Source: Candidatus Yanofskybacteria bacterium RIFCSPHIGHO2_02_FULL_43_17 (GTDB lineage: Bacteria > Patescibacteriota > Minisyncoccia > 2-02-FULL-40-12 > GWA2-44-9). Taken from it: a DNA stretch of 53,171 nt. The stretch lies in the NCBI GenBank assembly GCA_001794435.1, contig MGJU01000014.1, forward strand, positions 93,494 through 146,664, read 5' to 3'. Both the position numbers and the translations under genes were made by a program. The notes under the pieces are model-generated. The model worked only from the letters and a program-made list of their open reading frames with translations, had not been told where the DNA came from and did not search any database. Shown one piece after another: positions 52,990-53,171 of this stretch; the stretch's first letter is position 1, and every line of letters starts with the position of its first letter.

Positions 52990-53171
52990 GATAATCAAAA
53001 ACCAAAGCCAGTTTCATTTCTGGCATCTTTCTTAAACACCCTCTTCTCTTAAATCTTCGGGCAAATTCCGTAAATATTGACGAACCACTAGAGCTGTGCT
53101 ATCATAAGGCACAGTTTTTAGTTCGCTAACAAAGGAATAAGAGACAATGACCGAGAAGGCAGCGGTTCAAC

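Noticed and set aside
1-53171. Alternative genetic code (UGA as Gly)
   Set aside because: Conserved genes such as metK and gatC end at TGA at their expected lengths, and core ORFs are intact under code 11

Overview
Chromosomal window from a small-genome bacterium, most likely Patescibacteria/CPR of Parcubacteria type. This is inferred from the short IF-2, the membrane-anchored Clp-like ATPase, the pilM-N-O/pilB/pilT/pilC/pilin cluster and the many apparently leaderless genes; genetic code 11 fits. Core genes include rsmA, uvrD/pcrA, metK, a serA-like dehydrogenase, a CCA-adding enzyme, gatCA, ligA, a type IV pilus/competence locus with comF, infB, rfbB, a XerC/D recombinase, rpsO, pnp, a dksA/traR gene and comM/yifB. 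Seven intact tRNA genes are present: Ala-CGC, Pro-CGG, Arg-CCT, Ala-GGC, Ser-GCT, Cys-GCA and Leu-TAA. The most unusual feature is a nested tRNA at 31937-32187: a complete class II, Ser-like tRNA scaffold with encoded CCA is split in its anticodon loop by a structured 160-nt insert that contains the intact tRNA-Ser(GCT). Other notable patterns are both tRNA-Ala genes being followed by palindrome-flanked GIY-YIG nuclease genes, several families of short palindromic elements inserted in frame into core proteins, dispersed 7/8-mer tandem repeats, four variant parS-like palindromes with a GCGC core, and a multi-operator promoter driving a putative small RNA. All calls come from reading the sequence; no searches or folding programs were run.
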